Assembly (NCBI GenBank): GCA_040391865.1
Contig: JBEBWZ010000002.1
Location: forward strand, 5,446 to 69,445
DNA: 64,000 nucleotides
Direction: 5' to 3'
Source of the DNA: Solimonas flava
Lineage (GTDB): Bacteria > Pseudomonadota > Gammaproteobacteria > Nevskiales > Nevskiaceae
The notes under the pieces were generated by a model, which saw only the letters and a list, made by a program, of their open reading frames with translations, searched no databases and was not told the origin of the DNA. The translations under genes were made by a program, and so were the position numbers. This document shows, in pieces, positions 55,495-64,000 of this stretch. Each line of letters starts with the position of its first letter. Position 1 is the first letter of the stretch.

Positions 55495-57246
55495 ATGCCC
55501 TCTCCTTTTCTTGCCCGCCTGCAGGCATCGCTGCACCACGGCAGCACCCTGATCCAGCTGCTGGCCGGCAGCGCCACGATCCTGCTGGCCCTGCAGTTCA
55601 GCGACGACACCCTGTGCGTACTGATCAATGCCGGCCTGTTCCTGCTGCCCTTCCTGCTGGTGGCGGCGCTGACGGGGCGCCTGAACGCGGCCCTGGCCGT
55701 GGCCACCGTCAGCGCCCTGCTGCTGTGGGGCGTAGGCGAATTCAAGCTGCATTTCTTCGGCAACCGGCTGGCGCTGCTGGATTTCTACTTCCTGTCCGAA
55801 GGCGCCAACTGGAGCATCGTCAAGCGCTATCCGAAGGTACAGGCGGCGCTGGCAGCGTGGTTGCTGCTGTGCCTGGTGCTGGGCTTGCGTGCACGCCACG
55901 CCGATCAAGGCCGCACGCCGCTGCGCGTTCGCGGACGCACGCTGTGCGTGCTGCTGCTCGCCGGCTGGTGCGGCATCGCCTGGAGCAACCGCCATCAGCA
56001 CACCTGGGAAGTGTTCCGCGATGACGCCGACTGCGGCCTGAGCAAGACCTGCGGTGTGGTCTCACGCCTGCTGTATTCGTACAGTGTGTTCGAGTTCATG
56101 GAACCGCTGCCGCAGGCGGATGCCAGCCGCTTCCGCGCCGCAGCGGCCGAACTGAGCGCACTGCCGCAGCCCGATCTGGCGCAACGCCCGGACGTGGTGG
56201 TCTGGCTCAACGAATCGACGCTGGACCCGGCGCAGTATCGATTGCCCGGCGCGAAGCTGCCGCCGTTGCCGATGTTCCGGACCGCGCCGCAGACGATTGC
56301 GGCGGGCCAGTTGCGGGTACATACCTTCGGCGGCAAGACCTGGCTGTCGGAGTTCTCGCTGCTGACCGGGCTGGTGCCCAAGGATTTCGGCTCGCGCCGC
56401 AGCCTGGTGTTCAACAGCGTCGCACCGATGGTGTCCAGCACGCTGGTGCGCCGCTACGCCGCCGCGGGTTACGACACCGTCGTGCTGATGCCCACGCCGA
56501 AGCAGTTCTACGGCGCGGCACGCACCTACGAAGCGGTTGGATTCGAGCGCATCCTGACGCTGCGCGACTTTCCCAAGTACGACGCGATCAAGGGCGACGA
56601 ATGGGACATCGCCGACAGCACACGCATGGCCGAGGCGGCCATCACCCTGCTGCGACAGCAACGCGCGCGCAGCGATGCACGACCGCTGTTCCTATACCTG
56701 CTGTCGGTCAAGGAACATGCACCGTACTCCGGCCGCACGCCGGTGAACTACCAGTTGCAGCGCAGCGGCCTGAAACGCAGCATGGCCGCCAAACTCACCG
56801 ACTACATCGACCGGCTGCGCCTGCTCGATGCCGGCATCGCCAAACTGGAGAAGGCACTGCTGGCCTCGCCACACCCGGCGCTGTGGGCCTACTTCGGGGA
56901 CCACCAGGCCTACTTCGAGGAAACGCCACCGGCGTATCGCAAACCTCACCCCGAGCCGGATCTGGTGACGCAGTACCAGCTGCGCGCCAACTATCGCAGC
57001 GGCCTCGGCGAACAGCCGGCCCTGCTCGACATCGCACTGCTGCCGTCGCTGATCGTCGACAACAGCGGCCTGCCGACAGATCCCTATTTCGCTGCGCAGA
57101 CGGCCATGCGCCGCCTGTGTCAGGGGCGCCTCGGCGACTGCCCGGACACGGCGCTGGTCGACAGCTACAAGGGCCACGTCTTCGGCGATGAGATCGCACT
57201 GTTCGAACCGCTGCCCCCCGTCGTTGCGGCACAGGCCGCACCCTGA
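55495..57246 (+). CDS. membrane-anchored sulfatase/alkaline-phosphatase-superfamily protein (LTA-synthase/phosphoglycerol-transferase-like)
   Basis: 583 aa. About five N-terminal TM segments, then VVVWLNESTLDP, GGKTWLSEFSLLTG and SVKEHAPY. These resemble the metal-site and nucleophile motifs of sulfatase-fold transferases, but the match is degenerate. Confidence 0.5.
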   Translation: MPSPFLARLQASLHHGSTLIQLLAGSATILLALQFSDDTLCVLINAGLFLLPFLLVAALTGRLNAALAVATVSALLLWGVGEFKLHFFGNRLALLDFYFLSEGANWSIVKRYPKVQAALAAWLLLCLVLGLRARHADQGRTPLRVRGRTLCVLLLAGWCGIAWSNRHQHTWEVFRDDADCGLSKTCGVVSRLLYSYSVFEFMEPLPQADASRFRAAAAELSALPQPDLAQRPDVVVWLNESTLDPAQYRLPGAKLPPLPMFRTAPQTIAAGQLRVHTFGGKTWLSEFSLLTGLVPKDFGSRRSLVFNSVAPMVSSTLVRRYAAAGYDTVVLMPTPKQFYGAARTYEAVGFERILTLRDFPKYDAIKGDEWDIADSTRMAEAAITLLRQQRARSDARPLFLYLLSVKEHAPYSGRTPVNYQLQRSGLKRSMAAKLTDYIDRLRLLDAGIAKLEKALLASPHPALWAYFGDHQAYFEETPPAYRKPHPEPDLVTQYQLRANYRSGLGEQPALLDIALLPSLIVDNSGLPTDPYFAAQTAMRRLCQGRLGDCPDTALVDSYKGHVFGDEIALFEPLPPVVAAQAAP

Positions 57247-57328
57247 CACGGCCCGGAAACGGCGACGACGACCGCCGCGCAAGACAGCGGCACGGCCACA
57301 CAGGCGGTCCACCCTTCTTCACGCGCAC

Positions 57329-57364
57329 AAGAAAAACCCCACGGCAACCGGAGTCGCCGCGGGG
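57329..57364 (-). terminator. rho-independent terminator after the OmpA-family gene
   Basis: The minus strand reads CCCCGCGGC-gactccggtt-GCCGTGGGG (one G-U pair) followed by TTTTTCTT. Confidence 0.75.
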
Positions 57365-57402
57365 TTGGTTCTGCCCCGGCGCCAGGCCGGGTGTACCGCC
57401 TG

Positions 57403-58401
57403 TTACTTGATGCGGAACTCGACGCGACGATTGGCCTCACGGCCTTCAGCGGTCTCGTTGTCGGCGATCGGATTGCTTTCGCCGTAACCGTAGGCGCTCA
57501 GGCCGCTGGCCGGGACGCCCTTGCCGATCAGGTACTGACGCACCGACTCTGCGCGATTCTGCGACAGCTTCTGGTTGTACTGGTCGTTGCCGACGGCATC
57601 GGTGTAACCACCGATCTCGATCGCCAGGTTCGGCTGGTTCGACAGCGTGGCCGCAACGCCATCGAGGATCTGCTTGGCATCGTCGGTCAGCAGCGCGGAA
57701 TCGTTGTGGAACTTGACGCCACGCAGATCGAGATCGGTGACCGCGCCCACCGCGCTGTCCACCGGCACCACCTGCGGCGCCAGCTCGGGCTGCGGGGTGA
57801 CGTGTGCGTCACGATACAGCGGCAGGTTCAGCGGGAACTGCACGCCAATGCGGAACTGGTAGTCGACCAGCACGTCGTCGTTCGGCACCGACTTGTCGTT
57901 GACCTGCAGCAGCGCCACGGCTTCCGCACGCACCGACCACGAATAACGCGTCGGGAACAGCAAGCCGCCGCCGGCGTCCACGCCGAAGTGATAGTGCTTG
58001 TCGCCACGCACGTCTTCCTGCGCGGCGCCGATGCCGGCCAGCCAGTACGGCTTGAACGACGGCAGATACGACTCGAAGCCCTGCTCCGCGTTCCAGCGGT
58101 AGAGGCCGTAGTCGCGCACGTAGTTCAGGTGCAGGCCGCGCTGATAGTCTTCCTTGCCGTCGATGTCGCGATCACGTTGCAGGCTGTAGAACGCGCCTTC
58201 GACGGCGGTGTTCGCGCTCAGCGGATAACCCAGGTTCAGATGGAAGCCGTAGCCGTTGTCGGAATCGCGTGCGCTGGCACCGATTTCATACAGGCCGGAA
58301 ACTCCCAGATAGATCTGTTCTTCGTCGGTCGCGGTCACGGCCTGCGCCGCACCGGCAAACAAAGCTGCAATAGCTCCCAACCCCAATAGCTTGCTACCCA
58401 T
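57403..58401 (-). CDS. OmpA-family outer-membrane protein
   Basis: 332 aa. Signal peptide (LGLGAIAALFAGAAQA), an N-terminal beta-barrel-like region, and a C-terminal OmpA domain (IEIGGYTDAVGNDQYNQKLSQNRAESVRQYL...NRRVEFRI). Confidence 0.9.
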   Translation of the reverse strand: MGSKLLGLGAIAALFAGAAQAVTATDEEQIYLGVSGLYEIGASARDSDNGYGFHLNLGYPLSANTAVEGAFYSLQRDRDIDGKEDYQRGLHLNYVRDYGLYRWNAEQGFESYLPSFKPYWLAGIGAAQEDVRGDKHYHFGVDAGGGLLFPTRYSWSVRAEAVALLQVNDKSVPNDDVLVDYQFRIGVQFPLNLPLYRDAHVTPQPELAPQVVPVDSAVGAVTDLDLRGVKFHNDSALLTDDAKQILDGVAATLSNQPNLAIEIGGYTDAVGNDQYNQKLSQNRAESVRQYLIGKGVPASGLSAYGYGESNPIADNETAEGREANRRVEFRIK

Positions 58402-58512
58402 ACATCCCCCTTTGACTTAATTTGGTTGCATCCCACCCCGCGCATAGTGGCGTTTTGCGAGCCCGCTCGCCAGTTCTAATTTCTTACAAGGCCACAACCC
58501 AGGTCAGAAATA

Positions 58513-59052
58513 CTACTGCGGCGGGGCGCCCGGACCTTCCTTGCCAGCCTTGCGCCGGCCCAGCACGCGCTGGTAGACCCGGCGCTGACGCTCGCCCAGG
58601 GGCAGATCGGCGGCCGGGCCGGAGGCCCACTTGATGTCCTCGACCGCCAGCGGCTGACCGCCGGTCGATCGCAGCTGCAGCGGCGCAATCTCGCGACCGT
58701 TGCGGCGCTCCACCGCCCGCACCGATGCGCCCTGCGGCAGGCCCAGCCAGCGGTCGCCCCACTGCATCAATGCCAGCAGGCTGGGCAGCAGATCGCGCCC
58801 CATCGCCGTCAGCTGGTACTCGTGCCAGCGCCCCTCACCGATCGGCACCGCCTCCAGCACACCGCCAGCAACCAGCTTGCCAAGCCGGTCGCTCAGGACA
58901 TTGCGCGCCAGACCGATACTCTCCTGGAAATCCTGGAAGCGGCTCACCCCGAAAAACGCGTCGCGCACCACCAGCAGCGTCCAGCGATCGCCGATCAACT
59001 GCAGCGCACGCGCCACCGAACAGATCTCGTCCTGTTGCTTCAGTCGTGGCAT
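58513..59052 (-). CDS. HxlR-family (MarR-like wHTH) transcriptional regulator with C-terminal extension
   Basis: CSVARALQLIGDRWTLLVVRDAFFGVSRFQDFQESIGLARNVLSDRLGKLV...YQLTAMGRDL. Confidence 0.85.
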   Translation of the reverse strand: MPRLKQQDEICSVARALQLIGDRWTLLVVRDAFFGVSRFQDFQESIGLARNVLSDRLGKLVAGGVLEAVPIGEGRWHEYQLTAMGRDLLPSLLALMQWGDRWLGLPQGASVRAVERRNGREIAPLQLRSTGGQPLAVEDIKWASGPAADLPLGERQRRVYQRVLGRRKAGKEGPGAPPQ

Positions 59053-59130
59053 GGAGCACCCCGGGTGTTGCCGATAGTAGTAGCTTTATGAAACTATTTG
59101 TCCGAATCGTCAAGCCATCCGGAGTCCGCC

Positions 59131-59907
59131 GTGAGCGAAGTCGTCCTGCTGATCCATTCCACCGGCACCACGCCGCAGATGTGGTCGCGGCTGCTGGCCA
59201 GCGCGCCACTGAAAGTCCCCACGATCGCACCGCTGAACCTCGGCTACCCGCCCAACGCCCTGCTGCCGCAGGGCAGCGATTTCCACTGGTCCCAGGACCT
59301 CGCCAACCTGCAGCGCGCACTGCCGGCCGATGCCACGCGCGTGCATCTGATCGGCCATTCCTATGGCGGGCTGCTGGCCTTCAAGCTGGCGCTGGAACTC
59401 GGCGATCGCCTGGCGTCGATGTGGCAGTACGAGCCGGTGCTGTTCGGCAGCCTGCGTCAGGACGCGACCGCGATGGACACCAAGGCCCGGGAAGAAGCGG
59501 ACTGGCTGTACCAGCATCCCTGGTTCATGCCCGACCGCAGCCGCGGCGGCAGCGCCGAGTGGCAGGAAATCTTCATCGACTACTGGAATCGCCCCGGCGC
59601 CTGGCAGGCGATGCCGGAACCGGTGAAGCAGGCCACGCTGCAGGTGGGCTGGAAGATGTACCAGGAAGTGCGCGCCACCGGCTTCGACGAAACGCCGTTC
59701 GAGCACTACCGCCTGCCGGTGCCGATCACCCTGCTGCTCGGCGAGCATTCCCCCGCCGCACCGAAAGCAATGGCGGCAGCGCTGGCGCGCGTCAATCCCC
59801 AGACCGTGATCGAAACCATTCCCGGACTCGGCCACATGGGGCCGCTGGTCAAGCCGGCCGCCCTGATCGAATCATTCCGTCGTCATTTCGCCGCGCTGCT
59901 GGCTTGA
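59131..59907 (+). CDS. alpha/beta-fold hydrolase
   Basis: GTG at 59131 preceded by GGAG (the ORF-track TTG at 59098 is also possible). VVLLIHSTGTTPQMW, nucleophile elbow GHSYGG, and the C-terminal GLGHMGP. Confidence 0.75.
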   Translation: MSEVVLLIHSTGTTPQMWSRLLASAPLKVPTIAPLNLGYPPNALLPQGSDFHWSQDLANLQRALPADATRVHLIGHSYGGLLAFKLALELGDRLASMWQYEPVLFGSLRQDATAMDTKAREEADWLYQHPWFMPDRSRGGSAEWQEIFIDYWNRPGAWQAMPEPVKQATLQVGWKMYQEVRATGFDETPFEHYRLPVPITLLLGEHSPAAPKAMAAALARVNPQTVIETIPGLGHMGPLVKPAALIESFRRHFAALLA

Positions 59908-59926
59908 GTCGCAGCCGCGCAGACCT

Positions 59927-60250
59927 TCAACCCTCGCTCATCCTGGCGGCGCGATTCATGTCCTCGCCCGCAACCAGGACAAACTCGCCCTCGGAACCGG
60001 CGCGCCGGCTGGCCAGGAATGGCCGGTACTCCTCGCTCGCGTAGAACGCGAGCGCCGCCTCCTTCGAGGGCCACTCGATCATCATGAAGACGTGCGGGTT
60101 TTCTCTCTGCCCTTCCAGGCGCTCGATCCTGTTGGTGCGCGCCAGATAGCGCCCACCGAATCGCTCGACCATCGGCGTGACCTTGGCCACATAGTCGCGT
60201 GCCCAGCTGGGATCGGAAATGCTCAGTTCGGCTACCGCGTAGTACTTCAT
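59927..60250 (-). CDS. DUF1330-family protein
   Basis: 107 aa. MKYYAVAELSISDPSW...YVAKVTPMVERFGGRYLAR...VFMMIEWPSKEAALAFYASEEYRPF matches the DUF1330 pattern. Confidence 0.8.
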   Translation of the reverse strand: MKYYAVAELSISDPSWARDYVAKVTPMVERFGGRYLARTNRIERLEGQRENPHVFMMIEWPSKEAALAFYASEEYRPFLASRRAGSEGEFVLVAGEDMNRAARMSEG

Positions 60251-60295
60251 GCCTGCCCTCCCGTTTCAATGTTCAACACTCAATTCCTTGGGCAA

Positions 60296-60847
60296 TCACG
60301 CAGGGTCCGCCGCCTGCGGTGCACTGAGACTCTTGCTGTAGAAGCCTGATGGATCAAAGCAGCAGACCCGCTTCTTGCCCGACGACAGCATGTCGCAAGC
60401 GCTCTCCACCCGGCTTTTTCGGGTCTTGGCCTGCTTGGCGGACTCGATCCAGTGAATCCAGTCGACACGCGCAATGGTGGTCGTGTCTTGCCAGACCGTT
60501 CTGGCTGCGGGCGATGCCGCAAGCGCCTGCTGCAGATCGACCGGCAATTGCGGCTCCGGCTCCGGCGTCGCCGCTGAGATTTTCACTTCAACCACTTCCC
60601 CGGCGTTCACATGGGCCGCCTCACGCAGCGGCTTGTCCACCTTGAGCCAATGGCTGAGCTGGCCATCCGGATCGAGCGTCGCCTGAAAAGGCGCACCGTT
60701 GAGCGTGCCGCTCACCGAGGTCCTGCCGCGCCGCGGCAGCTTGTCGCTCGCATTTTTGGGCAATACCAGAAAGAGCCATGCATCGTCCTTGCCGGAGGTT
60801 GCGGGGCGAAGCAGCTTTGCCCTGAAGGTCGACGTCCTCGGTGTCAT
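60296..60847 (-). CDS. DUF1905 + YdeI/OmpD-associated family protein
   Basis: ATG at 60847. WLFLVLPKNASDKLPRRGRTSVSGTLNGAPFQATLDPDGQLSHWLKV (DUF1905-like), and the C-terminal WIESAKQAKTRKSRVESACDML (YdeI-like). Confidence 0.7.
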   Translation of the reverse strand: MTPRTSTFRAKLLRPATSGKDDAWLFLVLPKNASDKLPRRGRTSVSGTLNGAPFQATLDPDGQLSHWLKVDKPLREAAHVNAGEVVEVKISAATPEPEPQLPVDLQQALAASPAARTVWQDTTTIARVDWIHWIESAKQAKTRKSRVESACDMLSSGKKRVCCFDPSGFYSKSLSAPQAADPA

Positions 60848-60948
60848 TTCAGCTCCGGAAAAATCCCCCATACCGTACAACACCGCCACTCGGCGGTGGC
60901 GCAACCGCGCCCCAGCCGCCGAAGTGCCGGTCCGTTCCGGACCGGGCC

Positions 60949-61359
60949 CTAGCCCTTTGCCTCCACGTACCGGCCGAAGTTGTCCAGGATGGCCTGCCAG
61001 CCGGCGCGCTGCATCTCTTCCGGATTCTCGGTCTCCGCGTCGAAAAGCGTCTTCACCAGCACATCCCCCGAGCGTTCGACGAATTCAACCTTGACCGCCC
61101 GGCCATCCGCCATCTGATACTCGATGAGCTGCCGCGGCACGACCCGGGTGTAGGTCCCCTCGAAATCGAAACCCTCGCTGCCATCCCTGGCCTCCATGCG
61201 CGACAGGAACTTGCCACCTTCGCGCAGATCAACGGTGCTGCGGGTCGTGTGCCAGTCATCAGACGCAGCGTTCCATTGCTTGATATCCGCCGGATGGTTC
61301 CAGGCGTCCCAGATCCGGTTCAGGCTGGCCTTTACGGCTGTTTCAATCGCAATCTTCAT
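60949..61359 (-). CDS. SRPBCC-superfamily (AHSA1/START-like) protein
   Basis: ATG at 61359 with GAGGAAG RBS. MKIAIETAVKASLNRIWDAWNHPADIKQW...GGKFLSRMEARDGSEGFDFEGTYTRVVP. Confidence 0.75.
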   Translation of the reverse strand: MKIAIETAVKASLNRIWDAWNHPADIKQWNAASDDWHTTRSTVDLREGGKFLSRMEARDGSEGFDFEGTYTRVVPRQLIEYQMADGRAVKVEFVERSGDVLVKTLFDAETENPEEMQRAGWQAILDNFGRYVEAKG

Positions 61360-61468
61360 GGGAACTTCCTCAACGTTGGCGCCCACAGTCGGGCACTTTA
61401 TCGTCGGATGACGAAGGTTCAAATCGACACCGTCCGGTCATGCGATGGGGCCAACGCCGGGTTGCAGG

Positions 61469-61825
61469 TCACTTCCGCAGGATCTTGTCCAGCGTCTTTC
61501 CCTTTGCGAGTTCATCGACGAGCTTGTCCAGGCAACGGACCTTCCGCATCAGCGGATCTTCAACTGCCTCCACCCGTACGCCACACACCACGCCCTTTAT
61601 CAGCGCCGCATTGGGGTGGTAGGCCGGCGCCGCGGCAAAGAATGTCTCGAAGTCGCTCTGGCGCTCGATCTGCGCCTGCAGCTGGTCCTGACGATAGCCC
61701 GTCAACCAGCGGATGACCTGGTCGACTTCTTCCTTCGTGCGATTCCGGCGCTCAGCCTTCTGCACATACAGCGGATAGACGCTCGAAAATTTCATCCGAT
61801 AGATCCGGTGCTGAGACATCGCCAC
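61469..61825 (-). CDS. DUF2200-family protein
   Basis: [39 protein letters not shown]...[19 protein letters not shown] is characteristic of DUF2200. Confidence 0.8.
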   Translation of the reverse strand: MAMSQHRIYRMKFSSVYPLYVQKAERRNRTKEEVDQVIRWLTGYRQDQLQAQIERQSDFETFFAAAPAYHPNAALIKGVVCGVRVEAVEDPLMRKVRCLDKLVDELAKGKTLDKILRK

Positions 61826-61993
61826 TCCTCCCGTCGATCAACAGCGGACTCGCAGACTCCGGCACACCCGTCACCGCACAGCCGCAGAAGCCGGACTCCC
61901 CGCTCTGGTTCAGGGTCCGGAACGGCGGAAAAGTTCGGCCGCCGCCGCCCGCGGAACGGGCTGCGGCGGCCGGCGCCTGCTACGGGACAAGGC

Positions 61994-62401
61994 CTAGCCG
62001 GATGGAATCGCCGCCGGGTCCATCCACATGGCTTCCCAGATGTGGCCATCGGGATCGGCGAGATTGCGGTTGTACATGAAGCCCAGATCCTGCGGGGCAT
62101 TGATGTCGGCCGTGCCGCCATTGGCCGCCGCCGCATCGTTCATCGCATCCACGGCATCGCGACTCTCGCACGACAGGGCCAGCATCACCTCGCTCGCGGT
62201 CGCGGGCGGAATGGGGCGGTCGGTGAACGTGCGCCACTTGGCGTGGGTGAGCAACATCACGTGAATGGCCTCACTCCAGACCATGCACGCCGCCGTATCG
62301 TCGGTGAAGTGCGGATTGTTCCCAAAGCCGATGGACCGGTAGAAAGCCATCGACGCCTTGAGGTCGGAAACCGGCAGGTTGACGAAAATCATCTTGTTCA
62401 C
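61994..62401 (-). CDS. VOC (glyoxalase/bleomycin-resistance/dioxygenase) family protein
   Basis: GTG start preceded by GAGGGA. IFVNLPVSDLKASMAFYRSIGF...DPDGHIWEAMWMDP. Confidence 0.8.
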   Translation of the reverse strand: MNKMIFVNLPVSDLKASMAFYRSIGFGNNPHFTDDTAACMVWSEAIHVMLLTHAKWRTFTDRPIPPATASEVMLALSCESRDAVDAMNDAAAANGGTADINAPQDLGFMYNRNLADPDGHIWEAMWMDPAAIPSG

Positions 62402-62414
62402 AAGGATCCCTCGC

Positions 62415-62444
62415 GTTCAGGTTCAGGTTTAGGTTCAGGTTCTG
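62415..62444. repeat. hexanucleotide tandem repeat (5 units) just upstream of the VOC gene
   Basis: GTTCAG GTTCAG GTTTAG GTTCAG GTTCTG at 62415..62444, starting 14 nt upstream of the GTG start at 62401. Confidence 0.8.
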
Positions 62445-62639
62445 AAGTGTCATGGCTGACGCTTCAGGTGCGATCCACTCCGATCTCAGGGACGCTCGGC
62501 TTGGTTCACTATTCAGACGAACGAGTGCACCCAAAATCGACAGCCTCCGGAACATCACGGCAGGCCGGCAGCCGATCGCCGTGGAGACATTCGCAAAACC
62601 AGGCGTGCGGAACTCACGCCCACCACATCGAAGGCGGCG

Positions 62640-63359
62640 CTACCCGGCGTCACCGCTCCGCCTTGATAGCCACGCATGAATCAGCCCGGCCTGGAAAAAC
62701 GGCACGGGCGGCCCGAATCCACCTGCCTCGATCATGGCCGCAACCCGACCCGGCGGAACGACGCCGACATCATCGGCATAGGCGCTTCGCATGCGCGCCA
62801 TCGCCTCGGGCGAGACCTCTGCCGCCGACATCAGGCGCATCCAGGCAGGGAGCAGCACTTCATACTCGAATGACCCCACATCCGCAGCCAGATCAGCACT
62901 GGCAAGCAACCCTTCAGGCTTGAGCCGGCGCGATATTTCCCGAAAGAACTCGGAACGGGCTGCCGGGTCTAGAATGAATTGCGACACCAGAAAACAAGTC
63001 GCGGCGTCATGAGTCCCGGTGTCCGGGAGCGACGCCAGATAGCCTTCGTGAAACTGGCAGCGAGAGGAAAAATCTTCCGCTTCCGCTCGTTTCCGGCAGA
63101 GATCGAGCATCGCGCCGGACGGCTCCACCGCCGTAAAACGCCACGCAGGATGGTTACGCGCTAGATGCGCCAGCTCCGCTCCGGTTCCCACGCCCACACA
63201 AAGAATGTGCGCGTCTGCGGGCAGGCTGGAAAACAACGGCTCCAGCAGGAAGTGCAAGCAACTTTTGATCGGCGCCGTTCTCGCCCACTGCGTATCGTAG
63301 CTGGCGGCCTGCTGATCAAACATTGCCTTGATTCGGTCTTGATGCACCCTGTTCTCCAT
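62640..63359 (-). CDS. class I SAM-dependent methyltransferase
   Basis: ATG at 63359. Motif I ILCVGVGTGAE, then FTAVEPSGAML, and the post-I/II pattern DAATCFLVSQF...LKPEGLL. Confidence 0.8.
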   Translation of the reverse strand: MENRVHQDRIKAMFDQQAASYDTQWARTAPIKSCLHFLLEPLFSSLPADAHILCVGVGTGAELAHLARNHPAWRFTAVEPSGAMLDLCRKRAEAEDFSSRCQFHEGYLASLPDTGTHDAATCFLVSQFILDPAARSEFFREISRRLKPEGLLASADLAADVGSFEYEVLLPAWMRLMSAAEVSPEAMARMRSAYADDVGVVPPGRVAAMIEAGGFGPPVPFFQAGLIHAWLSRRSGDAG

Positions 63360-63429
63360 ATTCCCGAGACCTGCGCCAGCCCTCATCTGCGCCGCGCAGC
63401 GGTTCCGGCTTGAATCAATGTTCAGACCT

Positions 63430-64000
63430 TCATGCTGCGACGCCAGGCAACCCGGCCACTGCGCGTTTCACGAAGTGAACGAACGCCGTCAACTGCTCCG
63501 TGCGCGAGGACCAGCGCTCTGCCCCATGCCCGAGGTAAGCCTGCCGGGCTTCCATCAGAACGGATTGATGCTCGACGGGCAGCCGCTCCAGCACCCAACT
63601 GGCAGCAACATCCTTCGGCACGATCCTGCCGGTTGCAAGGCTGTGCCAAATGCGCGCCAGCGTCAGCACCACATTTCGTTCGTCACCCGCCCAGTCCGGC
63701 GGTGAATGCCAGAGCTCCAGGGTGCCCGTCAGCGTCCTGAACAGATCGCTGGCGGAAACCGGGGCAAAGAAATCCTCCGCCGGAGGACCTGCCAGGGCCT
63801 TGCCATGCTGCCTTGCCTTCGTGATCAGGATCGCCAGATCGGCATCGACAACAGCAGGCTCGAAGATGCCCCCAAGAATGTCCTTGCGCTGCCATTCCCC
63901 GAACTGCAATTCCCGTCTCGGCGGATAACGCCAGGGCACGATGTCGCTGCGCACGACCACGGTCACTTCCAGGGCGCGGAGCGTTCTGCTTTTCCCAGGC
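63430..64000 (-). CDS. ANT(3'')/AadA-like aminoglycoside nucleotidyltransferase, 5' end outside the window
   Basis: VTVVVRSDIVPWRYPPRRELQFGEWQRKDILGGIFEPAVVDADLAILITKARQHGKALAGPPAEDFFAPV...WHSPPDWAGDERNVVLTLARIWHSLATGRIVPKDVAASWVLERLP...LMEARQAYLG aligns almost motif-for-motif with the AadA C-terminal (DUF4111) region as I recall it. The frame stays open to the window edge, so the nucleotidyltransferase N-domain is cut off. Confidence 0.85.
   Translation of the reverse strand, partial: PGKSRTLRALEVTVVVRSDIVPWRYPPRRELQFGEWQRKDILGGIFEPAVVDADLAILITKARQHGKALAGPPAEDFFAPVSASDLFRTLTGTLELWHSPPDWAGDERNVVLTLARIWHSLATGRIVPKDVAASWVLERLPVEHQSVLMEARQAYLGHGAERWSSRTEQLTAFVHFVKRAVAGLPGVAA

Noticed and set aside
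62415-62444. Hexamer repeats as a CRISPR array or coding repeat (LNLNLNLN in ORF 62271..62558)
   Set aside because: The units are 6 nt with no spacers. The ORF containing them has no start context or motifs and overlaps the VOC gene's leader.
1-64000. rRNA, tRNA, tmRNA, CRISPR arrays, riboswitches
   Set aside because: I scanned the intergenic regions by eye. No cloverleaf-like tRNA segments, no spaced direct repeats and no conserved riboswitch cores were recognised. tRNAscan and Infernal would be needed to exclude small RNAs formally.

Overview
This is a high-GC bacterial chromosome segment; most hand-counted 60-nt lines exceed 65% GC. Gene content and order (argH / algZ-algR-hemC-hemD/X-hemY, FecI-FecR-FecA, mprF-acvB, REP-like GC-rich hairpins) look like a Xanthomonadales- or Pseudomonas-type gammaproteobacterium, but that assignment is inference only. 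I support about 60 protein-coding genes. I saw no rRNA, tRNA, CRISPR array, transposase or integrase.

Main blocks:
- FecIRA-type cell-surface signalling
- folB
- hipBA
- a LysR-controlled SDR / APH-kinase / ACAD10-11-like module
- DUF1302/DUF1329 plus two acyl-CoA dehydrogenases
- tetR-tolC divergent from emrAB
- MocR regulator, pip, mltD
- mprF-acvB divergent from a patatin lipase
- mscL, dnaB
- the hem/alg/argH block
- a terminal cluster of small stress and detoxification genes ending in an AadA-like ANT(3'') gene cut by the window edge

The standout is a compositionally foreign island of about 5.7 kb (roughly 37740-43480) wedged between dnaB and hemY. It has a divergent HTH-WYL regulator and a tightly packed four-gene minus-strand operon:
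- a DUF2779-type Cas4-like nuclease plus DEDD-like exonuclease
- a DUF2130-type coiled-coil protein plus PD-(D/E)xK nuclease
- a small protein that may have a PUA-like fold
- a NucS-like PD-(D/E)xK nuclease fused to a similar possibly PUA-like module

I do not recognise this gene combination as a named defence system, and I flag it as the candidate novel system.

All domain calls come from reading motifs in the supplied translations. No database search was possible. Start codons are best guesses; the ORF track also uses GTG and TTG starts and always takes the longest extension.
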